Counted from the first letter of the stretch, positions 16,801 through 25,889 are shown. The stretch: DNA of 42,184 nt from Desulfobacterales bacterium (GCA_050116155.1 JASFPE010000002.1:1-42184), one strand, 5' to 3'. Numbers and translations: made by a program. The notes: generated by a model not told the origin, from the sequence alone.

Positions 16801-17324
16801 AGCCGATCCTGGGGCAGCAGCTGCAAATTGAAGCTGATCTCGTGGTATTAGCCACCGGCATCGTTCCGAATCTCTCGCCAGAGTTAGTGGAAATGTTTGG
16901 TGCCGCCCTCGATCAGGACGGCTTTTTCCTGGAGGCTGAATCCAAGTGGCGTCCGGTTGACTCACTGAAAGAGGGCGTATTTGCCTGCGGCCTGGCCCTT
17001 TCCCCTCGCAACATTCCCGAATCGATTGCCACCGCTGAGGCCGCCGCGGCAAGAGCCTTGAGGATACTTTCCCGCGAACGCTTGCGGTCGGGAAAAGTAG
17101 TGGCCACGGTCCACCACAGCCTGTGCAGTCTGTGTGAAAGATGCATTGATGCGTGTCCATACGGTGCTCGCGCGCTGGATTTCGATCATGAAAAAGTACT
17201 GGTAAATCCGGTAAGGTGTCAGGGCTGCGGCTGCTGTGCGGCAGTCTGCCCCAACAGCGCATCCGTCTTGGAGGGTTTTCAGGAACAGCAAATGTTTGAG
17301 GTGATTGACGCGGCCATCGGATGA
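13899..17324 (+). CDS. Tandem HdrA-like flavoprotein with an inserted CheY-like receiver (REC) domain
   Basis: Module 1 has VVGAGISGIRAALD, FPTDRCGMC, CTGCGDCVDACP and CTRCGACVEVCP. Residues about 189-305 form a complete receiver (ILVVDDE, LMLLDIKMPGMDG, IMMTAY, YLVKPF). HdrA then resumes (LEFERM, QCVGSRD, CSNICCMYA). Module 2 has VIGGGIAGMTAA, QCVDCRE, CSRVCCANA and a C-terminal CSLCERCIDACP, CQGCGCCAAVCP. Confidence 0.9.
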   Translation: MIRKIGKALVVGAGISGIRAALDLAEYGYGVTLIDRSPHIGGILSQLDYQFPTDRCGMCKMLPLVNRDAGSQYCLRKGLFHENIDILLSTDLVAVEGEAGQFQVTLKQHPNWVDSDRCTGCGDCVDACPVEVPDDFNAGLSKHKAIYLPVPHAIPNPYVIDFAACTRCGACVEVCPTGAIRLPEEERRKFHILVVDDELVVRDSLKEWLKEEGFSIDMAASGPEALDQLTKQMYQLMLLDIKMPGMDGVEVLQKAKESFPDLNVIMMTAYATVETAVEAMKIGALDYLVKPFNPEALVPMVLRTYQDFTVTEGRQLDVGALVLCGGTRFFDPTSGKNTFGYKIYPNVVTSLEFERMLSGTGPTAGRLVRPLDGKPVQRIAWIQCVGSRDLQMEADFCSNICCMYAIKEALVAKEKIDPDLEASIFYMDMRTFDKSFQRYRDQAETIHGIRFERARVHSVLQDASSGDIMVRSVDISGKPRESPFDMVILTVGQRPAEGISELAEMLGIEQNSWGFGQTEAFSLTRTNQSGVLLGGSFSGLKDIGDSVIQASAAALSASRVIHSAGGSLALEPSPVVPPADVMREIPKILIVVCTCGERLAQWVDPQKVTRQLTSDPAVNRIEFLEQVCTAAGWENLVELVNTSKPNRLLIGACLPYVYKRKLREIGQKVGLDPTLMEVVDLNSEWGMGKAELKDKHFIFRNVISKLEMDTAKLKRVNPEPVPTIPIIQKALVIGGGIAGMTAALAIADHGFEVDLVEQSEHLGGNLTWLQRTLDGHDPRALLEETRASVEKHNQIRVHAQSHVIHAFGEVGNFHTTIEGPQSAVHTLNHGVTILATGGTEADSASYGYGTSPAIITQKEIEQKLSDNTVDPEQLNSVVMIQCVDCREEPRNYCSRVCCANALKQALYLKEHNPAITIYVLYRDLMSYGFNETYYTRARQANVMFIQYGIDEKPQVQAAGEGLKVTVAEPILGQQLQIEADLVVLATGIVPNLSPELVEMFGAALDQDGFFLEAESKWRPVDSLKEGVFACGLALSPRNIPESIATAEAAAARALRILSRERLRSGKVVATVHHSLCSLCERCIDACPYGARALDFDHEKVLVNPVRCQGCGCCAAVCPNSASVLEGFQEQQMFEVIDAAIG

Positions 17325-19630
17325 CGGTCTTTAGAATTGGAAAAATGTTCAAACTTATTAGAAATATTCGACGCAGGCTGGTTACCAAACTCATTATAAC
17401 TGTTGGCCTGACCCTGCTCATTACCATTTCAACCTGGGCCTACTTCAATATCAGTTATCAGGAAAAAAAGCTCATGGAGAATATTGTGGTGGGAACCGAT
17501 CGGTTAACCAATACCATCAAGCTCGGCGCTCATTATGCCATGATGCTGAATTCACGGGACGATATCAACCAGATCATCAATAACATCGGCAAGCAAAAAG
17601 AGATTGAAACCATCCGTATTTATAATAAAGAAGGCCAGATAAAATTTTCAAACCAACCATCAGAACTCGAAACAACCACCAATATAAAAGATGAAGCCTG
17701 CTATATCTGTCACCGGACGGACCCTCCCCAGTCTGAGCTCGGATTGACGGAACGCACACGGATATTTGCTTCGCCCCGGGGTTATCGTCTACTGGGGATC
17801 ATCAGCCCCATTTGTAACGAACCGGGTTGTTCGACAGATGCCTGTCATGTCCATCCTCAGGACAAAAAGATACTCGGCGCCCTGGATGTGGTCGTTTCTC
17901 TGGAAGATACGGATAAAGAAATCTTTATGGCTGAAAAAGGAGTCATTGGTTTAGCAGGAGGCATATTCCTGGTCACATCCGCAATTATCTTTCTTTTCCA
18001 ATTGAGGTTTGTCAATAAACCGATCCGCAAATTAATCGACGGAACTCGACGTATCGCAAAGGGCATGTATCCTAGCAGAGTAGATATTGACCAGGATGAT
18101 GAAATGGGACAGCTGGCGGCTGCTATCAACCAAATGAGTGAAAAGATTGCCGAGGACCAAGGGAAGTTGAACGAGCAAAGGGATGAGTATCAAACTCTGT
18201 TCGAACGGGTTCCCTGTCTGATTACCGTTCAGGATAGGAATTATAAGCTATTGCGTTATAATCGCGACTTCGCAAAAAGATTTGATCCTCAGCCCGGCGA
18301 ATATTGCTATGAAGCGTATAAAGGACGAGATGAGAAATGTGTAAACTGCCCGGTGGAGCGGACATTTAAAGATGGTCAAACTCATTATGGTGAAGAGACA
18401 GGCGTAAACAGAGATGGTACTCCGGTTCACTGGATTCTGCGAACATCTCCGATTAAAAATGCCAAGGGAGATATTGTGGCGGCCATAGAGATGAGCTTGG
18501 ATATAACGCATCGCAAACAGCTCGAAGATAAACTGGAAAAATCTGAAAAGAAGTACCATGAAATCTTCAACAATATTCCGAATCCGGTGTTTGTGTTAGA
18601 TAGCGACTCCCTCGAAATCATCGATTGCAATGAGAGCGTTCAAGCCGTCTATGGTTATTCCAAGGATGAGATTCTGAATAAGTCATTTATGGATTTGTTT
18701 TTGGAAGAAGAAAAAGATCAATATATTTCGAAAATTAAGTCATCCGCCATTTTGACCCGAGCTAAACATGTAAACCATGTGGGAATGCCTCTTTATGTAA
18801 ATATCAGGGTCTCGCCGGCCGAGTATCCGGGCAAAAAGGTGCTTCTGGTTACCACCAGCGATATTACCAAACGGCTTGAAGCCGAGCAGCAGCTGATCCA
18901 GGCCAGCAAAATGGCCACTTTAGGAGAGATGGCCACCGGCATTGCCCATGAACTCAACCAACCCCTTTCGGTCATTAAAACCGCAAGTAGCTTCTGTATA
19001 AAAAAATTAGATGTAAATGGTAAAATCGATAATGAACTCATGGCTACCATGATTGTTAAGGTGGACAGCAATGTGGATCGAGCTACCCGAATCATCAACC
19101 ATATGCGTGAATTTGCCCGCAAGCCCGATATTGGCCTGGGGAAGGTCCAGGTCAACGAAGTCCTGGAAAAAGCTTTTGAAATATTCAGCCAGCAGCTAAA
19201 GCTCAGGGGGATCGAAGTCGTATGGGACATTGAAAAAGAATTGCCCAAAATCAAAGCCGACCCCGGCCGATTGGAGCAGGTATTTATCAACCTTCTGTTA
19301 AATGCCAGAGATGCCATCGAAGAGCAATGGGGCCCCAGAGAAACCGCTAAGGCTGATAAACAAATTATTCTCAAAACAAGGCGCGAAGGCAAATCAATTT
19401 GGTGTGAAATCTGTGATACGGGGAAAGGTGTTCCGAAAGCAATGGCCGACAAGATCTTTGAACCTTTTTTCACCACCAAAGAAGTCGGCAAGGGAACCGG
19501 CCTGGGTCTTTCCATCAGCTATGGGATTGTGCAAGACTGTGGCGGAAGCATTCAGGTTGTCCCCCATCAACCTCACGGGGCCTGTTTTATCATAAAATTC
19601 CCCATACCGGAAAATAAAAATGGAAAATAA
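17321..19630 (+). CDS. Transmembrane sensor histidine kinase: extracytoplasmic domain with CXXCH motifs, HAMP, two PAS regions, HisKA/HATPase
   Basis: TM1 is LIITVGLTLLITISTWAYF. The sensor loop carries CYICH and CSTDACH. TM2 is GVIGLAGGIFLVTSAIIFLF and a HAMP domain follows. The PAS region carries CYEAYKGRDEKCVNCPV. H-box is IAHELNQP; HATPase boxes are LLLNARDA, DTGKGV and GTGLGLSI. The ATG overlaps the HdrA-REC stop (ATGA at 17321-17324). Confidence 0.92.
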   Translation: MTVFRIGKMFKLIRNIRRRLVTKLIITVGLTLLITISTWAYFNISYQEKKLMENIVVGTDRLTNTIKLGAHYAMMLNSRDDINQIINNIGKQKEIETIRIYNKEGQIKFSNQPSELETTTNIKDEACYICHRTDPPQSELGLTERTRIFASPRGYRLLGIISPICNEPGCSTDACHVHPQDKKILGALDVVVSLEDTDKEIFMAEKGVIGLAGGIFLVTSAIIFLFQLRFVNKPIRKLIDGTRRIAKGMYPSRVDIDQDDEMGQLAAAINQMSEKIAEDQGKLNEQRDEYQTLFERVPCLITVQDRNYKLLRYNRDFAKRFDPQPGEYCYEAYKGRDEKCVNCPVERTFKDGQTHYGEETGVNRDGTPVHWILRTSPIKNAKGDIVAAIEMSLDITHRKQLEDKLEKSEKKYHEIFNNIPNPVFVLDSDSLEIIDCNESVQAVYGYSKDEILNKSFMDLFLEEEKDQYISKIKSSAILTRAKHVNHVGMPLYVNIRVSPAEYPGKKVLLVTTSDITKRLEAEQQLIQASKMATLGEMATGIAHELNQPLSVIKTASSFCIKKLDVNGKIDNELMATMIVKVDSNVDRATRIINHMREFARKPDIGLGKVQVNEVLEKAFEIFSQQLKLRGIEVVWDIEKELPKIKADPGRLEQVFINLLLNARDAIEEQWGPRETAKADKQIILKTRREGKSIWCEICDTGKGVPKAMADKIFEPFFTTKEVGKGTGLGLSISYGIVQDCGGSIQVVPHQPHGACFIIKFPIPENKNGK

Positions 19631-20777
19631 AATACTACTTGTTGATGACGAAAAAGATGTCCGTGACGTGCTTAACCTGTCTCTTACGGATTTGGGATAT
19701 GATGTGTTTGAAGCGGAAAATGGCGATGAAGCATTGCACATTTTTAAAAAAGCCAATCCTTCCATCGTACTTACCGATATAAAAATGCCGGGCATGGATG
19801 GTATTGAACTTCTTCAGAGAGTTAAACACGAAAATCCTGACGCCGAAGTCATCATGATTACTGGGCACGGCGCGATGGACCTGGCTATCATGAGCCTTAA
19901 GTATCAAGCTGCTGATTTCATCACCAAACCGATCAATGTTGATGTGCTGGAGGTTGCTCTGAAAAAAGTGCGTGACAAGATTATAATGAAACAAAAATTA
20001 AAGGAGTATACCGAAAATCTTGAAAGACTTGTGCGAGAAAAAACAGAACTCCAAAGTCACCTGTCTTCATTAGGATTAATGATTGGTTCCATATCGCATG
20101 GAATAAAGGGTCTGTTAACCGGTTTAGATGGGGGGATGTATTTGCTGGATTCCGGTTTTGCAAAAGACAATCAGGAGCGGATCAAGGAGGGCTGGGAAGT
20201 TGTGAAATTGATGGTGGATCGTATCCGCAAAATGATCGATGATATCCTATTTTATGCCAAAGAAAGAGATTTGAAATGGGAACGGGTCAATGTTCTGAAT
20301 TTTGCCACTGGGGTGGCAACCGGCATTGAAACAAAAATGAAAGAACAAGATATTGAGTTCATAAAAGATTTCGACACAAGGGCTGCAAAATTTGAAGTTG
20401 ATGCAGGCTATGTCCATTCTGCTTTGATCAATATTCTGGAAAATGCCGTGGACGCCTGTATCAGAGACAATACAAAAAAATCTCATAAAATTGTCTTCAG
20501 CATCAGGCAGGATAAAAAAAATATAACATTTGATGTGTTTGACAACGGCATTGGTATGGACCGCGAGACTATTGACAAACTATTTACACCTTTTTTTTCT
20601 TCAAAGGGTGAAAAAGGAACCGGGTTGGGTCTCTTTATTTCCAACAAAATCATTGAGCAGCACGGCGGCAATATCAAGGTCAAATCGACTGAAGGCGAAG
20701 GAACCCTTTTCAGTATAAAAATTCCAAAAATACTGCCGAAATCCGTCAGGGTCACCAAAGATAAAGCGGCAGTTTAA
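19620..20777 (+). CDS. Hybrid protein: N-terminal receiver (REC) + histidine kinase core
   Basis: Receiver motifs ILLVDDEKD, IVLTDIKMPGMDG, MITGHG and FITKP. H-box-like SISHGIKGLLTGL. HATPase boxes ILENAVDA, DNGIGM and GTGLGLFI. It overlaps the upstream kinase gene by 11 nt. Confidence 0.9.
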   Translation: MENKILLVDDEKDVRDVLNLSLTDLGYDVFEAENGDEALHIFKKANPSIVLTDIKMPGMDGIELLQRVKHENPDAEVIMITGHGAMDLAIMSLKYQAADFITKPINVDVLEVALKKVRDKIIMKQKLKEYTENLERLVREKTELQSHLSSLGLMIGSISHGIKGLLTGLDGGMYLLDSGFAKDNQERIKEGWEVVKLMVDRIRKMIDDILFYAKERDLKWERVNVLNFATGVATGIETKMKEQDIEFIKDFDTRAAKFEVDAGYVHSALINILENAVDACIRDNTKKSHKIVFSIRQDKKNITFDVFDNGIGMDRETIDKLFTPFFSSKGEKGTGLGLFISNKIIEQHGGNIKVKSTEGEGTLFSIKIPKILPKSVRVTKDKAAV

Positions 20778-21898
20778 ACATCCTGCCATACATTGGGGAA
20801 TTTATTTCGAAGGGTTTTTCTGTTTGTTAGCGCGGCATCCTTTTTCTTCGCCGACCAGGACTTGACTTTTTTAAACGCCTGAGACTGGAGCGTGTGATAG
20901 TTGTCCTGTTGATTATTCTCAATCGTCATTCGAGACCGGGCATCGGCAACAATCGCCCTGCCAACCGGGGTGCGGGTTATCACGGTTGTCCAACCTTCCT
21001 CTGACCCGATGCCGCCAAAGGAAACATCGGCATACTCTGCGGAATAGTCCGGGCAAAAGTAGCAGGCAAACCGCTTCATGAACTCCAGTTCCTCCAGCAT
21101 GATGGTTTTGATTTCGCCACTGTTGAGGTGCACGATGAGATCTTCTTTAATGTTTATTTTTTTGACATCTTTAAAATGAAATCCACCAATCTTAGCTACT
21201 TTTTCTTGTTGTTTTTGGCCAAAGACAAAATTGCCCGAACAGAACAGCCCCAAACAGAATTTAATCGAATCGGAAGGGATGATGTTGAGGGTTTGCATTC
21301 TGCGCACCGATTTTATCTGGCAGGGGGTGCCGACAAAGGCGACGCGCTGAAGTCCTTTTTTGATTAACGGATCAAATTCTTTGATCTGAGAGTAGGTTGT
21401 GTAAAAATCGCTAAATCTTTTCATTCCATGCGATGCATCAAAGAAGAATCCCGCGGCGTTGAGAATGTCTTCTTCGGTTACGGCCAGAAACGGTTCGCGC
21501 AGAAATGGGCCGGATTGTTTGGTCACAATAGCGCCGTCAATCCGGCCGTTGCGGAGTAAATGCAGCAACAGCGCCGTAACAACACCCCCATCTGTCGCTC
21601 TGTCGCGAATATCGGAATCCGTTGCACGGGCAATACCGGTTTCGATGACCCGTCCGATGGGAGGGCTCCAGGCCAGTCTTTTCTTGGTCTCCTGATCCAG
21701 TTCATCGATTTCCGGGCAAATGGAGTAGCACAACCCGCATTCAATACATCTGGCTTCATCCGCATATCTGGGTTTGCCATCGGAATCCAACTCCAATGCG
21801 CCGTAATTGATCGCCGTACAAAACGTTACGCAACCGCCGCAGCGATGGCAAAGCCCGGGTTTCTGTACATCTTCGATCAGGTTGTTAAACGTCTTCAT
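20774..21898 (-). CDS. FrhB/FdhB-family (F420 hydrogenase/dehydrogenase beta-like) flavo-Fe-S protein
   Basis: N-terminal Cys clusters CHRCGGCVTFC and CIECGLCYSICP. FrhB-type segments are TDGGVVTALLLHLLRNGRIDGAIV and VAFVGTPCQIKSVRR. RBS is AGGAG. Confidence 0.8.
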   Translation of the reverse strand: MKTFNNLIEDVQKPGLCHRCGGCVTFCTAINYGALELDSDGKPRYADEARCIECGLCYSICPEIDELDQETKKRLAWSPPIGRVIETGIARATDSDIRDRATDGGVVTALLLHLLRNGRIDGAIVTKQSGPFLREPFLAVTEEDILNAAGFFFDASHGMKRFSDFYTTYSQIKEFDPLIKKGLQRVAFVGTPCQIKSVRRMQTLNIIPSDSIKFCLGLFCSGNFVFGQKQQEKVAKIGGFHFKDVKKINIKEDLIVHLNSGEIKTIMLEELEFMKRFACYFCPDYSAEYADVSFGGIGSEEGWTTVITRTPVGRAIVADARSRMTIENNQQDNYHTLQSQAFKKVKSWSAKKKDAALTNRKTLRNKFPNVWQDV

Positions 21899-21934
21899 TA
21901 TTACTCCTGCTATCTAATCATTGACTATCTTCAA

Positions 21935-24900
21935 TTAACTGAAAGTGATCTCAAACGGCGCCTCATCGAACAAACACGATTGTAGCTGGGCCATAATCTG
22001 GCCGGTATCAAATCCTTTCAAATGAATGGCCCCGGAACGGCATGATGCCACGCATAAACCGCAGCCTTTGCACAACGCTGGTTGAATTTCCGCTTTTCCG
22101 GTTTTTTCATTGAATTTCGGTGCCGAATAGGGACAGATCTCCGTGCATACACCACAATTGCTGCAGAAATTCTGATCGACCAGCGCTACCATCCCGCTCA
22201 CCGAAATTTCAAGGGCAGACAACACTGTTATCGCTCTGGAAGCAGCTGCTTGCGCCTGGGCAATGGATTCTTCAAGGGGTTTGGGAGCATGCGCTATTCC
22301 GCATATGAACACCCCGTCAGTGGCAAAATCATTGGGTCGCAGTTTGACATGAGCTTCGGCAAAAAACCCGTCATCGTTTTGAGGTACTTTGTACAGTTGC
22401 GCCAGGCGATTATTTTTTTGCGGGATCATGGCACTTGCCAGGATCAGAAGATCACTGTGGATGACCATCTGTCTTTGGAGCACACGATCAGAAAATTGGA
22501 TTTCCAGAGCCTCTTTGCCGGTAAGGACGGAGATCCCTTTATCGTTTTGATATCTGATAAATTTGATTCCCTGGGTGCGCGCTTCTCGATAAAGATCCTC
22601 GCGCAGGCCGTATGATCTCATGTCCCGGTACAAAACAAAAATATTCATAGCGGGATTTTGCGATTTGAGGCTCAAAGCACTTTTGATGGATTGGGTACAG
22701 CAAACTTTCGAACAATACGGGCGCTGCGGTATGCGTGAGCCCACACATTGGACAAATACCGCCGTACGACAGGAATCAAAGGGATCTTTGTTCTTTAATT
22801 TTTTTTGGAGTTCCAGGCCGGTGAGCACACGCTGATCCTGAGCGTACAAAAAATCTTGCGGCTTGAATTCATCTGCGCCGGAGGCAATCAACGTGACACC
22901 ATGTTCCAGGACTTTGGGCTTGCCGTTGTTTTGGATGGTTGTTTTAAAATTACCGACAAATCCCTCGACGTTGTCCGCGTGAGCATTAAAGAAAATTTCG
23001 ATGTTTTGATCAGATTGGACGTCATCGATTAATTTTTGCAGAAATGGACCGATGGGCTCTGCCTGCCAGGTGTCATTGAGATACCGTGCCTGGCCCCCGA
23101 GCTCACCGTTTTTTTCGACCAGGTGGGTTTTGTATCCCTGGGCGGCTAGCGTCTTGGCTGCAATCATTCCCGCCACGCCGCCGCCGATGACCAAGGCAGC
23201 CTGGTTGATTTTCATCACCGGCTCCGTCAGGGGTTCATGCAGCGCGACTTTTGCGACCGCCATTCGAACGAGGTCCTTGGCTTTTTCCGTCGCTTTTTCC
23301 ATATCGTCTTTGTGAACCCATGAACACTGGTTGCGGATATTGGCCATTTCGAAGAGATATTTATTCAGACCTCCGTTGATCAGTGTTTCCTGGAAAAGCG
23401 GTTCGTGAGTTTTCGGTGTGCAGGCCGATACGACCACCCGGTTGAGCCGGTGCTCTTTTATGATGTCTGAAATTTGACCCTGGGTGTCTTGAGAGCAACT
23501 GAACAGATTTTGCGCCGCGTATGCCACATTCGGCAGGGTTTTGGCAAATTCAACGACTGCCGGCACATCGACAAATCCGGCTATATTGGTTCCGCAGCAG
23601 CATATAAAAACGCCGATTCTCGGGGGTTCTCCTTTGATATCGATTTCCGGGGGCAGCTCTTTGGTTTGGGTAAGGGTCCATCTGGCATTATATAGCGTGC
23701 TTCCAACCTTGCCGGCTGCCGCACTTGCATCGATCACCGAGGTCGGAATATCTTTGGGCTCCTGAAAGGCGCCACACACGTAGATACCGGATCGCGAGCT
23801 CTGGACCGGGTCAAAGCTGCCGGTCTTTGCGAAATGATATGGAGTCAATTCGATATTCAGTTTTTTTGCCAGATCTATGGCCTGATCCCCAACGCCTAAA
23901 CCCACGGACAACACCACCATATCAAATGCTTCGCCAACGCTCCTGCCATTTTCGTCGACATAGCGGATAAGGTGCTTTCCGTCTTCATCCATGGGCTCCA
24001 CATGGGTGATGCGCGATTTGATGAAGCGAACCCCCAGATCCTGTTGGGCTTTGTTATAATAGCGTTCAAAGTCCTTTCCAAAGGTTCGAATATCGATATA
24101 AAAAATGGCCGCATCCAAACCGTTTTTGCTATGCTCTTTGGCCAAAATGGCTTCCTTGACCGCATAGGTGCAACAAACCCCGGAACAGTATCCTCTGGCT
24201 CCGATATGATTGTCTCTGGAGCCGACACATTGCAGCCAGGCAATCTTTTCAGGTTCGGATTTATCCGACGGTCTGAGCAGATGCCCGCCATACGGTCCGG
24301 AGGCGGAGAGGATTCTTTCAAATTCCAGGCTGGTGACAATATCGGCCGAATTTGAATACCCGAAAGTATCGTACGTGTATGGGTTATATGCTCCGCTGCC
24401 ACACGATAATATAATGGCGCCCACATTTATTGATATTTCTTTTTTTTGGTCCTCAAAGTTGATGGCTTTGGTTGGACAAAATTTTTCACAGCCTCTGCAT
24501 TTACCTCGGATGAGATAAATGCATTGCGCTGGATCGATGCAATACTTCAGCGGAACGGCCTGGGCATACTGCACGTAAACCGCCTTGCGTTTGGCCAGTC
24601 CCGCGTCATATGCATTGGAAACTTTTTTGGGGCATTTCTCTGCACAGGCACCGCAGGCGATGCATTTTTCCACGTCCACGTAGCGCGGGTGCTGGGTCAG
24701 GTTGACCTCGAAATTACCGGCTTCGCCGGAAATGTTTTCGATTTCGGAAAGGGTCAGGAGTTCGATATTGATGTGCCGGCCGACCTCGACCAGTTTGGGT
24801 GAGATAATTCACATGGCACAGTCGTTGGTGGGGAATGTTTTATCAAGCTGCGACATCATTCCCCCGATGGAACTCGAACTTTCAACCAGGTAGACATAGT

Positions 24901-24988
24901 AACCGGAATCAGCAAGATCCAGGGATGCCTGCATCCCGGCGATACCGCCCCCCACCACCATTACCGCACCGACTTCTTTTGTTGACAT
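21935..24988 (-). CDS. hdrA: Tandem HdrA flavoprotein, selenocysteine-containing (in-frame UGA at 24809-24811)
   Basis: ORF-track entries 24809..24994 and 21935..24679 are in one frame. My translation across the gap gives ...[73 protein letters not shown]. This is continuous HdrA sequence with U at the position where the two other HdrA-type paralogs in this window have Cys (DCSAC, RCGMC). ATG 24988 follows GGAG. A second HdrA module is present ([33 protein letters not shown]). Confidence 0.88.
24776..24793 (-). promoter_or_regulatory. SECIS-like hairpin downstream of UGA 24811-24809
   Basis: The minus-strand RNA reads UGA-N15-CUGGUCG AGGU CGGCCGG. This is a 7-bp stem (two G-U pairs) with an AGGU apical loop. 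Confidence 0.6.
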
Positions 24989-25031
24989 AATCACTCCGTC
25001 GTTAAGAACATAATCACTCCGTCGTTAAGAA
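24986..25031. repeat. Perfect 23-bp tandem duplication at the hdrB/hdrA junction
   Basis: CATAATCACTCCGTCGTTAAGAA occurs at 24986-25008 and again at 25009-25031. Each copy holds the hdrB C-terminal codons plus stop, an SD (GGAG) and an ATG. Confidence 0.9.
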
Positions 25032-25889
25032 TGAAGTAATACCGGAAAGGTCGATTCCATTTTCAGCAATGCCCAGAATCTTTTCATCAATGCCCATACT
25101 TAAGCCCAGCAGCTGTGGATAAAGAATAGGCGCAAGCAGTTCCGTATCATCAGCACCGGCAGACCAGTAAGTTTGGATTTTATCGAACTGAAGCTGGGTA
25201 TAGGGACATGCTGTACAAATAAAATTGGCACTCGCTTCTCTGGCACTGGTTATTTTTTTCTGAGCCATTTCCATTGCGAGTTGATCGTTGATGCCGGTCA
25301 GAGGGGCACCGCAGCAATCCAGTTTGCGAGACCAGTCCACGCTAAACGCACCGGTGATTTCTACCAATTCATCGAAGATTTTTGGCGATACGGGATCGTC
25401 GAAAGCGGTGACGATGCTGGGACGCAACGCATGGCAACCATAGCTAACCGCTATTTGCAAGCCGCTGTACACCTTTGTTATGCGTTCTTTCAAGCTGTCC
25501 AGACCCACATCATGATACAATACCGACAGCAAATGTTTGATCTGAATTCCATTTCGATATTCGAGATTTTCTTTTGCCAGAAATCCATTAATCTCGGTTT
25601 TCAGTTTCTTGTCATGATGTAAAATATTCTCAACTTTTTTTAGACTTCCGTAGCAGCATTTGCACATCACAAGCATATCCAGGCCGGCTTTTTGTGCCAC
25701 CGCCAAATTTTTTGCGGCAGACAGGACAAAAGCACGAAAATCCGTATTGCGCGCCGGATACCCGCAGCAATTGAATTCGGCCATATCAACCAGTTCAATA
25801 CCCAGCTTGCGAGTTACCGCAGCTGTGGCGGCTGCATATTGCTCAACCCGGGCCGGGATGTTGCAGCCTTGAAACAAAGCAAATTTCAT
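25014..25889 (-). CDS. hdrB: HdrB-like subunit (two CCG domains)
   Basis: [14 protein letters not shown] and MCKCCYGS, then [16 protein letters not shown] and CTACPYT. RBS is AGGAAG. Confidence 0.9.
   Translation of the reverse strand: MKFALFQGCNIPARVEQYAAATAAVTRKLGIELVDMAEFNCCGYPARNTDFRAFVLSAAKNLAVAQKAGLDMLVMCKCCYGSLKKVENILHHDKKLKTEINGFLAKENLEYRNGIQIKHLLSVLYHDVGLDSLKERITKVYSGLQIAVSYGCHALRPSIVTAFDDPVSPKIFDELVEITGAFSVDWSRKLDCCGAPLTGINDQLAMEMAQKKITSAREASANFICTACPYTQLQFDKIQTYWSAGADDTELLAPILYPQLLGLSMGIDEKILGIAENGIDLSGITSFLTTE

Noticed and set aside
16729-17427. 232-aa minus-strand ORF. Similar antisense or out-of-frame ORFs lie at 9030..9674, 18793..19515, 23896..24426 and 5534..5887.
   Set aside because: All lie inside genes with strong motif support on the other strand or frame. 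Their translations are Arg/Pro/Ser-rich with no motifs.
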